Shown here one piece after another: positions 40,821 to 56,770 of a stretch of 64,000 nt of DNA (positions are counted from its first letter, which is position 1; every line of letters starts with the position of its first letter). Origin of the DNA: Eledone cirrhosa (lineage: Eukaryota); contig OZ024741.1 of NCBI GenBank assembly GCA_964016885.1, positions 209,498,001 through 209,562,000 on the forward strand, in the 5' to 3' direction. The notes beneath the pieces were generated by a model. That model was not told the origin of the DNA and ran no database searches. It worked only from the letters and a program-made list of their open reading frames with translations. A program made the position numbers and the translations under genes.

Positions 40821-43800
40821 CCCTTGGTGGGATCGATCTGTAATTACTGGTACATGTGCAGACACTCATTGGCTGTGTGTGGCCTGATTTTCAGAAAGAT
40901 ATCTCCGTAAAATAACGAGTGGTGGCTGCGTAAAATAATGAATTACACACGAAAATGAGAAAATTTCGATTCTCGATCGTGGGCCGGCCGGATGTCGGAT
41001 CGATTCGTAAATACAAGGATAATGTGCGGACACTCCTTGGCTGTGTGCGGCATGATTTTCAGGACGATATCTCCGTAAAATCAAGAGTTGATAACCCCAA
41101 CTTAACTTAACCCCAACTTAACTTAACCGCAACTTAACTTAACCGCAACCTAACTTAACCCCAACTTAACTTAACCGCAACCTAACTTAACCCCAACTTA
41201 GCTTAACCGCAACTTAACTTAACCCCAACCTAACTTAACCCCAACTTAACTTAACCGCAACTTAACTTAACCGCAACCTAACTTAACCCCAACTTAACTT
41301 AACCGCAACTTAACTTAACCGCAACTTAGCTTAACCCCAACCTTTGGTGGGATCGATCTGTAATTACTGGTACATGTGCAGACACTCATTGGCTGTGTGT
41401 GGCCTGATTTTCAGAAAGATATCTCCGTAAAATAACGAGTGGTGGCTGCGTAAAATAATGAATTACGCACGAAAATGAGAAAATTTCGATTCTCGATTGT
41501 GGGCCGGCCGGATGTCGGATCGATTCGTAAATACAAGGATAATGTGCGGACACTCCTTGGCTGTGTGCGGCATGATTTTCAGGACGATATCTCCGTAAAA
41601 TCAAGAGTTGATAACCCCAACTTAACTTAACCCCAACTTAACTTAACCGCAACTTAACTTAACCGCAACCTAACTTAACCCCAACTTAACTTAACCGCAA
41701 CCTAACTTAACCCCAACTTAACTTAACCGCAACTTAACTTAACCCCAACCTAACTTAACCCCAACTTAACTTAACCGCAACTTAACTTAACCGCAACCTA
41801 ACTTAACCCTAACTTAACTTAACCGCAACTTAACTTAACCGCAACTTAGCTTAACCCCAACCCTTGGTGGGATCGATCTGTAATTACTGGTACATGTGCA
41901 GACACTCATTGGCTGTGTGTGGCCTGATTTTCAGAAAGATATCTCCGTAAAATAACGAGTGGTGGCTGCGTAAAATAATGAATTACGCACGAAAATGAGA
42001 AAATTTCGATTCTCGATCGTGGGCCGGCCGGATGTCGGATCGATTCGTAAATACAAGGATAATGTGCGGACACTCCTTGCCTGTGTGCCGCATGATTTTC
42101 AGGACGATATCTCCGTAAAATCAAGAGTTGATAACCCCAACTTAACTTAACCCCAACTTAACTTAACCGCAACTTAACTTAACCGCAACCTAACTTAACC
42201 CCAACTTAACTTAACCGCAACCTAACTTAACCCCAACTTAACTTAACCGCAACTTAACTTAACCCCAACCTAACTTAACCCCAACTTAACTTAACCGCAA
42301 CTTAACTTAACCGCAACCTAACTTAACCCCAACTTAACTTAACCGCAACTTAACTTAACCGCAACTTAGCTTAACCCCAACCCTTGGTGGGATCGATCTG
42401 TAATTACTGGTACATGTGCAGACACTCATTGGCTGTGTGTGGCCTGATTTTCAGAAAGATATCTCCGTAAAATAACGAGTGGTGGCTGCGTAAAATAATG
42501 AATTACGCACGAAAATGAGAAAATTTCGATTCTCGATCGTGGGCCGGCCGGATGTCGGATCGATTCGTAAATACAAGGATAATGTGCGGACACTCCTTGG
42601 CTGTGTGCGGCATGATTTTCAGGACGATATCTCCGTAAAATCAAGCGTTGATAACCCCAACTTAACTTAACCCCAACTTAACTTAACCGCAACTTAACTT
42701 AACCGCAACCTAACTTAACCCCAACTTAACTTAACCGCAACCTAACTTAACCCCAACTTAACTTAACCGCAACTTAACTTAACCCCAACCTAACTTAACC
42801 CCAACTTAACTTAACCGCAACTTAACTTAACCGCAACCTAACTTAACCCTAACTTAACTTAACCGCAACTTAACTTAACCGCAACTTAGCTTAACCCCAA
42901 CCCTTGGTGGGATCGATCTGTAATTACTGGTACATGTGCAGACACTCATTGGCTGTGTGTGGCCTGATTTTCAGAAAGATGTCTCCGTAAAATAACGAGT
43001 GGTGGCTGCGTAAATTAATGAATTACGCACGAAAATGAGAAAATTTCGATTCTCGATCGTGGGCCGGCCGGATGTCGGATCGATTCGTAAATACAATGAT
43101 AATGTGCGGACACTCCTTGCCTGTGTGCCGCATGATTTTCAGGACGATATCTCCGTAAAATCAAGAGTTGATAACCCCAACTTAACTTAACCCCAACTTA
43201 ACTTAACCGCAACTTAACTTAACCGCAACCTAACTTAACCCCAACTTAACTTAACCGCAACCTAACTTAACCCCAACTTAACTTAACCGCAACTTAACTT
43301 AACCCCAACCTAACTTAACCCCAACTTAACTTAACCGCAACTTAACTTAACCGCAACCTAACTTAACCCCAACTTAACTTAACCGCAACTTAACTTAACC
43401 GCAACTTAGCTTAACCCCAACCCTTGGTGGGATCGATCTGTAATTACTGGTACATGTGCAGACACTCATTGGCTGTGTGTGGCCTGATTTTCAGAAAGAT
43501 ATCTCCGTAAAATAACGAGTGGTGGCTGCGTAAAATAATGAATTACGCACGAAAATGAGAAAATTTCGATTCTCGATCGTGGGCCGGCCGGATGTCGGAT
43601 CGATTCGTAAATACAAGGATAATGTGCGGACACTCCTTGGCTGTGTGCGGCATTATTTTCAGGACGATATCTCCGTAAAATCAAGAGTTGATAACCCCAA
43701 CTTAACTTAACCGCAACTTAACTTAACCGCAACCTAACTTAACCCCAACTTAACTTAACCGCAACTTAACTTAACCGCAACTTAGCTTAACCCCAACCCT

Positions 43801-46800
43801 TGGTGGGATCGATCTGTAATTACTGGTACATGTGCAGACACTCATTGGCTGTGTGTGGCCTGATTTTCAGAAAGATATCTCCGTAAAATAACGAGTGGTG
43901 GCTGCGTAAAATAATGAATTACGCACGAAAATGAGAAAATTTCGATTCTCGATCGTGGGCCGGCCGGATGTCGGATCGATTCGTTAATACAAGGATAATG
44001 TGCGGACACTCCTTGCCTGTGTGCCGCATGATTTTCAGGACGATATCTCCGTAAAATCAAGAGTTGATAACCCCAACTTAACTTAACCCCAACTTAACTT
44101 AACCGCAACTTAACTTAACCGCAACCTAACTTAACCCCAACTTAACTTAACCGCAACCTAACTTAACCCCAACTTAACTTAACCGCAACTTAACTTAACC
44201 CCAACCTAACTTAACCCCAACTTAACTTAACCGCAACTTAACTTAACCGCAACCTAACTTAACCCCAGCTTAACTTAACCGCAACTTAACTTAACCGCAA
44301 CTTAGCTTAACCCCAACTCTTGGTGGGATCGATCTGTAATTACTGGTACATGTGCAGACACTCATTGGCTGTGTGTGGCCTGATTTTCAGAAAGATATCT
44401 CCGTAAAATAACGAGTGGTGGCTGCGTAAAATAATGAATTACGCACGAAAATGAGAAAATTTCGATTCTCGATCGTGGGCCGGCCGGATGTCGGATCGAT
44501 TCGTAAATACAAGGATAATGTGCGGACACTCCTTGGCTGTGTGCGGCATGAGTTTCAGGACGATATCTCCGTAAAATCAAGAGTTGATAACCCCAACTTA
44601 ACTTAACCCCAACTTAACTTAACCGCAACTTAACTTAACCGCAACCTAACTTAACCCCAACTTAACTTAATCGCAACCTAACTTAACCCCAACTTAACTT
44701 AACCGCAACTTAACTTAACCCCAACCTAACTTAACCCCAACTTAACTTAACCGCAACTTAACTTAACCGCAACCTAACTTAACCCCAACTTAACTTAACC
44801 GCAACTTAACTTAACCGCAACTTAGCTTAACCCCAACCCTTGGTGGGATCGATCTGTAATTACTGGTACATGTGCAGACACTCATTGGCTGTGTGTGGCC
44901 TGATTTTCAGAAAGATATCTCCGTAAAATAACGAGTGGTGGCTGCGTAAAATAATGAATTACGCACGAAAATGAGAAAATTTCGATTCTCGATCGTGGGC
45001 CGGCCGGATGTCGGATCGATTCGTAAATACAAGGATAATGTGCGGACACTCCTTGGCTGTGAGCCGCATGATTTTCAGGACGATATCTCCGTAAAATCAA
45101 GAGTTGATAACCCCAACTTAACTTAACCCCAACTTAACTTAACCGCAACTTAACTTAACCGCAACCTAACTTAACCCCAACTTAACTTAACCGCAACCTA
45201 ACTTAACCCCAACTTAACTTAACCGCAACTTAACTTAACACCAACCTAACTTAACCCCAACTTAACTTAACGGCAACTTAACTTAACCGCAACCTAACTT
45301 AACCCCAACTTAACTTAACCGCAACTTAACTTAACCGCAACCTAGCTTAACCCCAACCCTTGGTGGGATCGATCTGTAATTACTGGTACATGTGCAGACA
45401 CTCATTGGCTGTGTGTGGCCTGATTTTCAGAAAGATATCTCCGTAAAATAACGAGTGGTGGCTGCGTAAAATAATGAATTACGCACGAAAATGAGAAAAT
45501 TTCGATTCTCGATCGTGGGCCGGCCGGATGTCGGATCGATTCGTAAATACAAGGATAATGTGCGGACACTCCTTGGCTGTGTGCGGCATGATTTTCAGGA
45601 CGATATCTCCGTAAAATCAAGAGTTGATAACCCCAACTTAACTTAACCCCAACTTAACTTAACCGCAACTTAACTTAACCGCAACCTAACTTAACCCCAA
45701 CTTAACTTAACCGCAACCTAACTTAACCCAAACTTAACTTAACCGCAACTTAACTTAACCCCAACCTAACTTAACCCCAACTTAACTTAACCGCAACTTA
45801 ACTTAACCGCAACCTAACTTAACCCCAACTTAACTTAACCGCAACTTAACCCCAACTTAGCTTAACCCCAACCCTTGGTGGGATCGATCTGTAATTACTG
45901 GTACATGTGCAGACACTCATTGGCTGTGTGTGGCCTGATTTTTAGAAAGATATCTCCGTAAAATAACGAGTGGTGGCTGCGTAAAATAATGAATTACGCA
46001 CGAAAATGAGAAAATTTCGATTCTCGATCGTGGGCCGGCCGGATGTCGGATCGATTCGTAAATACAAGGATAATGTGCGGACACTCCTTGGCTGTGTGCG
46101 GCATGATTTTCAGGACGATATCTCCGTAAAATCAAGAGTTGATAACCCCAACTTAACTTAACCCCAACTTAACTTAACCGCAACTTTACTTAACCGCAAC
46201 CTAACTTAACCCCAACTTAACTTAACCGCAACCTAACTTAGCCCCAACTTAACTTAACCCCAACTTAACTTAACCCCAACCTAACTTAACCCCAACTTAA
46301 CTTAACCGCAACTTAACTTAACCGCAACCTAACTTAACCCCAACTTAAATTAACCGCAACTTAACTTAACCGCAACTTAGCTTAACCCCAACCCTTGGTG
46401 GGATCGATCTGTAATTACTGGTACATGTGCAGACACTCATTGGCTGTGTGTGGCCTGATTTTCAGAAAGATATCTCCGTAAAATAACGAGTGGTGGCTGC
46501 GTAAAATAATGAATTACGCACGAAAATGAGAAAATTTCGATTCTCGATCGTGGGCCGGCCGGATGTCGGATCGATTCGTAAATACAAGGATAATGTGCGG
46601 ACACTCCTTGGCTGTGTGCGGCATGATTTTCAGGACGATATCTCCGTAAAATCAAGAGTTGATAACCCCAACTTAACTTAACCCCAACTTAACTTAACCG
46701 CAACTTAACTTAACCGCAACCTAACTTAACCCCAACTTAACTTAACCGCAACCTAACTTAACCCCAACTTAACTTAACCGCAACTTAACTTAACCCCAAC

Positions 46801-49800
46801 TTAACTTAACCCCAACTTAACTTAACCGCAACTTAACTTAACCGCAACCTAACTTAACCCCAACTTAACTTAACCGCAACTTAACTTAACCGCAACTTAG
46901 CTTAACCCCAACCCTTGGTGGGATCGATCTGTAATTACTGGTATATGTGCAGACACTCATTGGCTGTGTGTGGCCTGATTTTCAGAAAGATATCTCCGTA
47001 AAATAACGAGTGGTGGCTGCGTAAAATAATGAATTACGCACGAAAATGAGAAAATTTCCATTCTCGATCGTGGGCCGGCCGGATGTCGGATCGATTCGTA
47101 AATACAAGGATAATGTGCGGACACTCCTTGGCTGTGTGCGGCATGATTTTCAGGACGATATCTCCGTAAAATCAAGAGTTGATAACCCCAACTTAACTTA
47201 ACCCCAACTTAACTTAACCGCAACTTAACTTAACCGCAACCTAACTTAACCCCAACTTAACTTAACCGCAACCTAACTTAACCCCAACTTAACTTAACCG
47301 CAACTTAACTTAACCCCAACCTAACTTAACCCCAACTTAACTTAACCGCAACTTAACTTAACCGCAACCTAACTTAACCCCAACTTAACTTAACCGCAAC
47401 TTAACTTAACCGCAACTTAGCTTAACCCCAACCCTTGGTGGGATCGATCTGTAATTACTGGTACATGTGCAGACACTCATTGGCTGTGTGTGGCCTGATT
47501 TTTAGAAAGATATCTCCGTAAAATAACGAGTGGTGGCTGCGTAAAATAATGAATTACGCACGAAAATGAGAAAATTTCTATTCTCGATCGTGGGCCGGCC
47601 GGATGTCGGATCGATTCGTAAATACAAGGATAATGTGCGGACACTCCTTGGCTGTGTGCGGCATGATTTTCAGGACGATATCTCCGTAAAATCAAGAGTT
47701 GATAACCCCAACTTAACTTAACCCCAACTTAACTTAACCGCAACTTAACTTAACCGCAACCTAACTTAACCCCAACTTAACTTAACCGCAACCTAACTTA
47801 ACCCCAACTTAACTTAACCGCAACTTAACTTAACCCCAACCTAAATTAACTCCAACTTAACTTAACCGCAACTTAACTTAACCGCAACCTAACTTAACCC
47901 CAACTTAATTTAACCGCAACTTAACTTAACCGCAACTTAGCTTAACCCCAGCCCTTGGTGGGATCGATCTGTAATTACTGGTACATGTGCAGACACTCAT
48001 TGGCTGTGTGTGGCCTGATTTTCAGAAAGATATCTCCTTAAAATAACGAGTGGTGGCTGCGTAAAATAATGAATTACGCACGAAAATGAGAAAATTTCGA
48101 TTCTCGATCGTGGGCCGGCCGGATGTCGCATCGATTCGTAAATAGAAGGATAATGTGCGGACACTCCTTGGCTGTGTGCGGCATGATTTTCAGGACGATA
48201 TTTCCGTAAAATCAAGAGTTGATAACCCCAACTTAACTTAACCCCAACTTAACTTAACCCCAACTTAACTTAACCGCAACTTAACTTAACCGCAACCTAA
48301 CTTAACCCCAACTTAACTTAACCGCAACCTAACTTAACCACAACTTAACTTAACCGCAACTTAACTTAACCCCAACCTAACTTAACCCCAACTTAACTTA
48401 ACCGCAACTTAACTTAACCGCAACCTAACTTAACCCCAACTTAACTTAACCGCAACTTAACTTAACCGCAACTTAGCTTAACCCCAACCCTTGGTGGGAT
48501 CGATCTGTAATTACTGGTACATGTGCAGACACTCATTGGCTGTGTGTGGCCTGATTTTCAGAAAGATATCTCCGTAAAATAACGAGTGGTGGCTGCGTAA
48601 AATAATGAATTACGCACGAAAATGAGAAAATTTCGATTCTCGATTGTGGGCCGGCCGGATGTCGGATCGATTCGTAAATACAAGGATAATGTGCGGACAC
48701 TCCTTGGCTGTGTGCGGCATGATTTTCAGGACGATATCTCCGTAAAATCAAGAGTTGATAACCCCAACTTAACTTAACCCCAACTTAACTTAACCGCAAC
48801 TTAACTTAACCGCAACCTAACTTAACCCCAACTTAACTTAACCGCAACCTAACTTAACCCCAACTTAACTTAACCGCAACTTAACTTAACCCCAACCTAA
48901 CTTAACCCCAACTTAACTTAACCGCAACTTAACTTAACCGCAACCTAACTTAACCCTAACTTAACTTAACCGCAACTTAACTTAACCGCAACTTAGCTTA
49001 ACCCCAACCCTTGGTGGGATCGATCTGTAATTACTGGTACATGTGCAGACACTCATTGGCTGTGTGTGGCCTGATTTTCAGAAAGATATCTCCGTAAAAT
49101 AACGAGTGGTGGCTGCGTAAATTAATGAATTACGCACGAAAATGAGAAAATTTCGATTCTCGATCGTGGGCCGGCCGGATGTCGGATCGATTCGTAAATA
49201 CAAGGATAATGTGCGGACACTCCTTGCCTGTGTGCCGCATGATTTTCAGGACGATATCTCCGTAAAATCAAGAGTTGATAACCCCAACTTAACTTAACCC
49301 CAACTTAACTTAACCGCAACTTAACTGAACCGCAACCTAACTTAACCCCAACTTAACTTAACCGCAACCTAACTTAACCCCAACTTAACTTAACCGCAAC
49401 TTAACTTAACCCCAACCTAACTTAACTCCAACTTAACTTAACCGCAACTTAACTTAACCGCAACCTAACTTAACCCCAACTTAACTTAACCGCAACTTAA
49501 CTTAACCGCAACTTAGCTTAACCCCAACCCTTGGTGGAATCGATCTGTAATTACTGGTACATGTGCAGACACTCATTGGCCGTGTGTGGCCTGATTTTCA
49601 GAAAGATATCTCCGTAAAATAACGAGTGGTGGCTGCGTAAAATAATGAATTACGCACGAAAATGAGAAAATTTCGATTCTCGATCGTGGGCCGGCCGGAT
49701 GTCGGATCGATTCGTAAATACAAGGATAATGTGCGGACACTCCTTGGCTGTGTGCGGCATGATTTTCAGGACGATATCTCCGTAAAATCAAGAGTTGATA

Positions 49801-52800
49801 ACCCCAACTTGACTTAACCGCAACTTAACTTAACCGCAACCTAACTTAACCCTAACTTAACTTAACCGCAACTTAACTTAACCGCAACTTAGCTTAACCC
49901 CAACCCTTGGTGGGATCGATCTGTAATTACTGGTACATGTGCAGACACTCATTGGCTGTGTGTGGCCTGATTTTCAGAAAGATATCTCCGTAAAATAACG
50001 AGTGGTGGCTGCGTAAAATAATGAATTACGCACGAAAATGAGAAAATTTCGATTCTCGATCGTGGGCCGGCCGGATGTCGGATCGATTCGTAAATACAAG
50101 GATAATGTGCGGACACTCCTTGCCTGTGTGCCGCATGATTTTCAGGACGATATCTCCGTAAAATCAAGAGTTGATAACCCCAACTTAACTTAACCCCAAC
50201 TTAACTTAACCGCAACTTAACTTAACCGCAACCTAACTTAACCCCAACTTAACTTAACCGCAACCTAACTTAACCCCAACTTAACTTAACCGCAACTTAA
50301 CTTAACCCCAACCTAACTTAACCCCAACTTAACTTAACCGCAACTTAACTTAACCGCAACCTAACTTAACCCCAACTTAACTTAACCGCAACTTAACTTA
50401 ACCGCAACTTAGCTTAACCCCAACCCTTGGTGGGATCGATCTGTAATTACTGTAACATGTGCAGACACTCATTGGCTGTGTGTGGCCTGATTTTCAGAAA
50501 GATATCTCCGTAAAATAACGAGTGGTGGCTGCGTAAAATAATGAATTACGCACGAAAATGAGAAAATTTCGATTCTCGATCGTGGGCCGGCCGGATGTCG
50601 GATCGATTCGTAAATACAAGGATAATGTGCGGACACTCCTTGGCTGTGTGCGGCATGATTTTCAGGACGATATCTCCGTAAAATCAAGCGTTGATAACCC
50701 CAACTTAACTTAACCCCAACTTAACTTAACCGCAACTTAACTTAACCGCAACCTAACTTAACCCCAACTTAACTTAACCGCAACCTAACTTAACCCCAAC
50801 TTAACTTAACCGCAACTTAACTTAACCCCAACCTAACTTAACCCCAACTTAACTTAACCGCAACCTAACTTAACCCTAACTTAACTTAACCGCAACTTAA
50901 CTTAACCGCAACTTAGCTTAACCCCAACCCTTGGTGGGATCGATCTGTAATTACTGGTACATGTGCAGACACTCATTGGCTGTGTGTGGCCTGATTTTCA
51001 GAAAGATGTCTCCGTAAAATAACGAGTGGTGGCTGCGTAAATTAATGAATTACGCACGAAAATGAGAAAATTTCGATTCTCGATCGTGGGCCGGCCGGAT
51101 GTCGGATCGATTCGTAAATACAATGATAATGTGCGGACACTCCTTGCCTGTGTGCCGCATGATTTTCAGGACGATATCTCCGTAAAATCAAGAGTTGATA
51201 ACCCCAACTTAACTTAACCCCAACTTAACTTAACCGCAACTTAACTTAACCGCAACCTAACTTAACCCCAACTTAACTTAACCGCAACCTAACTTAACCC
51301 CAACTTAACTTAACCGCAACTTAACTTAACCCCAACCTAACTTAACCCCAACTTAACTTAACCGCAACTTAACTTAACCGCAACCTAACTTAACCCCAAC
51401 TTAACTTAACCGCAACTTAACTTAACCGCAACTTAGCTTAACCCCAACCCTTGGTGGGATCGATCTGTAATTACTGGTACATGTGCAGACACTCATTGGC
51501 TGTGTGTGGCCTGATTTTCAGAAAGATATCTCCGTAAAATAACGAGTGGTGGCTGCGTAAAATAATGAATTACGCACGAAAATGAGAAAATTTCGATTCT
51601 CGATCGTGGGCCGGCCGGATGTCGGATCGATTCGTAAATACAAGGATAATGTGCGGACACTCCTTGGCTGTGTGCGGCATGATTTTCAGGACGATATCTC
51701 CGTAAAATCAAGAGTTGATAACCCCAACTTAACTTAACCGCAACTTAACTTAACCGCAACCTAACTTAACCCCAACTTAACTTAACCGCAACTTAACTTA
51801 ACCGCAACTTAGCTTAACCCCAACCCTTGGTGGGATCGATCTGTAATTACTGGTACATGTGCAGACACTCATTGGCTGTGTGTGGCCTGATTTTCAGAAA
51901 GATATCTCCGTAAAATAACGAGTGGTGGCTGCGTAAAATAATGAATTACGCACGAAAATGAGAAAATTTCGATTCTCGATCGTGGGCCGGCCGGATGTCG
52001 GATCGATTCGTTAATACAAGGATAATGTGCGGACACTCCTTGCCTGTGTGCCGCATGATTTTCAGGACGATATCTCCGTAAAATCAAGAGTTGATAACCC
52101 CAACTTAACTTAACCCCAACTTAACTTAACCGCAACTTAACTTAACCGCAACCTAACTTAACCCCAACTTAACTTAACCGCAACCTAACTTAACCCCAAC
52201 TTAACTTAACCGCAACTTAACTTAACCCCAACCTAACTTAACCCCAACTTAACTTAACCGCAACTTAACTTAACCGCAACCTAACTTAACCCCAGCTTAA
52301 CTTAACCGCAACTTAACTTAACCGCAACTTAGCTTAACCCCAACTCTTGGTGGGATCGATCTGTAATTACTGGTACATGTGCAGACACTCATTGGCTGTG
52401 TGTGGCCTGATTTTCAGAAAGATATCTCCGTAAAATAACGAGTGGTGGCTGCGTAAAATAATGAATTACGCACGAAAATGAGAAAATTTCGATTCTCGAT
52501 CGTGGGCCGGCCGGATGTCGGATCGATTCGTAAATACAAGGATAATGTGCGGACACTCCTTGGCTGTGTGCGGCATGATTTTCAGGACGATATCTCCGTA
52601 AAATCAAGAGTTGATAACCCCAACTTAACTTAACCCCAACTTAACTTAACCGCAACTTAACTTAACCGCAACCTAACTTAACCCCAACTTAACTTAACCG
52701 CAACCTAACTTAACCCAAACTTAACTTAACCGCAACTTAACTTAACCCCAACCTAACTTAACCCCAACTTAACTTAACCGCAACTTAACTTAACCGCAAC

Positions 52801-55800
52801 CTAACTTAACCCCAACTTAACTTAACCGCAACTTAACCCCAACTTAGCTTAACCCCAACCCTTGGTGGGATCGATCTGTAATTACTGGTACATGTGCAGA
52901 CACTCATTGGCTGTGTGTGGCCTGATTTTTAGAAAGATATCTCCGTAAAATAACGAGTGGTGGCTGCGTAAAATAATGAATTACGCACGAAAATGAGAAA
53001 ATTTCGATTCTCGATCGTGGGCCGACCGGATGTCGGATCGATTCGTAAATACAAGGATAATGTGCGGACACTCCTTGGCTGTGTGCGGCATGATTTTCAG
53101 GACGATATCTCCGTAAAATCAAGAGTTGATAACCCCAACTTAACTTAACCCCAACTTAACTTAACCGCAACTTAACTTAACCGCAACCTAACTTAACCCC
53201 AACTTAACTTAACCGCAACCTAACTTAACCCCAACTTAACTTAACCGCAACTTAACTTAACCCCAACCTAACTTAACCCCAACTTAACTTAACCGCAACT
53301 TAACTTAACCGCAACCTAACTTAACCCCAACTTAACTTAACCGCAACTTAACTTAACCGCAACTTAGCTTAACCCCAACCCTTGGTGGGATCGATCTGTA
53401 ATTACTGGTACATGTGCAGACACTCATTGGCTGTGTGTGGCCTGATTTTCAGAAAGATATCTCCGTAAAATAACGAGTGGTGGCTGCGTAAAATAATGAA
53501 TTACGCACGAAAATGAGAAAATTTCGATTCTCGATCGTGGGCCGGCCGGATGTCGGATCGATTCGTAAATACAAGGATAATGTGCGGACACTCCTTGGCT
53601 GTGTGCGGCATGATTTTCAGGACGATATCTCCGTAAAATCAAGAGTTGATAACCCCAACTTAACTTAACCCCAACTTAACTTAACCGCAACTTAACTTAA
53701 CCGCAACCTAACTTAACCCCAACTTAACTTAACCGCAACCTAACTTAACCCAAACTTAACTTAACTTAACCCCAACCTAACTTAACCCCAACTTAACTTA
53801 ACCGCAACTTAACTTAACCGCAACCTAACTTAACCCCAACTTAACTTAACCGCAACTTAACCCCAACTTAGCTTAACCCCAACCCTTGGTGGGATCGATC
53901 TGTAATTACTGGTACATGTGCAGACACTCATTGGCTATGTGTGGCCTGATTTTTAGAAAGATATCTCCGTAAAATAACGAGTGGTGGCTGCGTAAAATAA
54001 TGAATTACGCACGAAAATGAGAAAATTTCGATTCTCGATCGTGGGCCGGCCGGATGTCGGATCGATTCGTAAATACAAGGATAATGTGCGGACACTCCTT
54101 GGCTGTGTGCGGCATGATTTTCAGGACGATATCTCCGTAAAATCAAGAGTTGATAACCCCAACTTAACTTAACCCCAACTTAACTTAACCGCAACTTTAC
54201 TTAACCGCAACCTAACTTAACCCCAACTTAACTTAACCGCAACCTAACTTAGCCCCAACTTAACTTAACCCCAACTTAACTTAACCCCAACCTAACTTAA
54301 CCCCAACTTAACTTAACCGCAACTTAACTTAACCGCAACCTAACTTAACCCCAACTTAAATTAACCGCAACTTAACTTAACCGCAACTTAGCTTAACCCC
54401 AACCCTTGGTGGGATCGATCTGTAATTACTGGTACATGTGCAGACACTCATTGGCTGTGTGTGGCCTGATTTTCAGAAAGATATCTCCGTAAAATAACGA
54501 GTGGTGGCTGCGTAAAATAATGAATTACGCACGAAAATGAGAAAATTTCGATTCTCGATCGTGGGCCGGCCGGATGTCGGATCGATTCGTAAATACAAGG
54601 ATAATGTGCGGACACTCCTTGGCTGTGTGCCGCATGATTTTCAGGACGATATCTCCGTAAAATCAAGAGTTGATAACCCCAACTTAACTTAACCCCAACT
54701 TAACTTAACCGCAACTTAACTTAACCGCAACCTAACTTAACCCCAACTTAACTTAACCGCAACCTAACTTAACCCCAACTTAACTTAACCGCAACTTAAC
54801 TTAACCCCAACTTAACTTAACCCCAACTTAACTTAACCGCAACTTAACTTAACCGCAACCTAACTTAACCCCAACTTAACTTAACCGCAACTTAACTTAA
54901 CCGCAACTTAGCTTAACCCCAACCCTTGGTGGGATCGATCTGTAATTACTGGTATATGTGCAGACACTCATTGGCTGTGTGTGGCCTGATTTTCAGAAAG
55001 ATATCTCCGTAAAATAACGAGTGGTGGCTGCGTAAAATAATGAATTACGCACGAAAATGAGAAAATTTCCATTCTCGATCGTGGGCCGGCCGGATGTCGG
55101 ATCGATTCGTAAATACAAGGATAATGTGCGGACACTCCTTGGCTGTGTGCGGCATGATTTTCAGGACGATATTTCCGTAAAATCAAGAGTTGATAACCCC
55201 AACTTAACTTAACCCCAACTTAACTTAACCCCAACTTAACTTAACCCCAACTTAACTTAACCGCAACTTAACTTAACCGCAACCTAACTTAACCCCAACT
55301 TAACTTAACCGCAACCTAACTTAACCACAACTTAACTTAACCGCAACTTAACTTAACCCCAACCTAACTTAACCCCAACTTAACTTAACCGCAACTTAAC
55401 TTAACCGCAACCTAACTTAACCCCAACTTAACTTAACCGCAACTTAACTTAACCGCAACTTAGCTTAACCCCAACCCTTGGTGCGATCGATCTGTAATTA
55501 CTGGTACATGTGCAGACACTCATTGGCTGTGTGTGGCCTGATTTTCAGAAAGATATCTCCGTAAAATAACGAGTGGTGGCTGCGTAAAATAATGAATTAC
55601 ACACGAAAATGAGAAAATTTCGATTCTCGATCGTGGGCCGGCCGGATGTCGGATCGATTCGTAAATACAAGGATAATGTGCGGACACTCCTTGGCTGTGT
55701 GCGGCATGATTTTCAGGACGATATTTCCGTAAAATCAAGAGTTGATAACCCCAACTTAACTTAACCCCAACTTAACTTAACCCCAACTTAACTTAACCGC

Positions 55801-56770
55801 AACCTAACTTAACCCCAACTTAACTTAACCCCAACCTAACTTAACCCCAACTTAACTTAACCGCAACTTAACTTAACCGCAACCTAACTTAACCCCAGCT
55901 TAACTTAACCGCAACTTAACTTAACCGCAACTTAGCTTAACCCCAACTCTTGGTGGGATCGATCTGTAATTACTGGTACATGTGCAGACACTCATTGGCT
56001 GTGTGTGGCCTGATTTTCAGAAAGATATCTCCGTAAAATAACGAGTGGTGGCTGCGTAAAATAATGAATTACGCACGAAAATGAGAAAATTTCGATTCTC
56101 GATCGTGGGCCGGCCGGATGTCGGATCGATTCGTAAATACAAGGATAATGTGCGGACACTCCTTGGCTGTGTGCGGCATGATTTTCAGGACGATATCTCC
56201 GTAAAATCAAGAGTTGATAACCCCAACTTAACTTAACCGCAACTTAACTTAACCGCAACCTAACTTAACCCCAACTTAACTTAACTGCAACCTAACTTAA
56301 CCCAAACTTAACTTAACCGCAACTTAACTTAACCCCAACCTAACTTAACCCCAACTTAACTTAACCGCAACTTAACTTAACCGCAACCTAACTTAACCCC
56401 AACTTAACTTAACCGCAACTTAACCCCAACTTAGCTTAACCCCAACCCTTGGTGGGATCGATCTGTAATTACTGGTACATGTGCAGACACTCATTGGCTG
56501 TGTGTGGCCTGATTTTTAGAAAGATATCTCCGTAAAATAACGAGTGGTGGCTGCGTAAAATAATGAATTACGCACGAAAATGAGAAAATTTCGATTCTCG
56601 ATCGTGGGCCGGCCGGATGTCGGATCGATTCGTAAATACAAGGATAATGTGCGGACACTCCTTGGCTGTGTGCGGCATGATTTTCAGGACGATATCTCCG
56701 TAAAATCAAGAGTTGATAACCCCAACTAAACTTAACCCCAACTTAACTTAACCGCAACTTTACTTAACCG
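40821..56770. repeat. ~16 kb block that is a near-copy of ~1780-17640 (offset ~39.0-39.1 kb)
   Basis: Rare variants are shared in the same order: CCTTTGG (~2297/41341), CATTATT (cores 4326/43466), CTGTAACATG (11307/50452), the 504, 552, 472 and 499 bp monomers, GGTGCGATC and AACTAAACTT (17595/56724). Boundaries are approximate. Confidence 0.82.
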
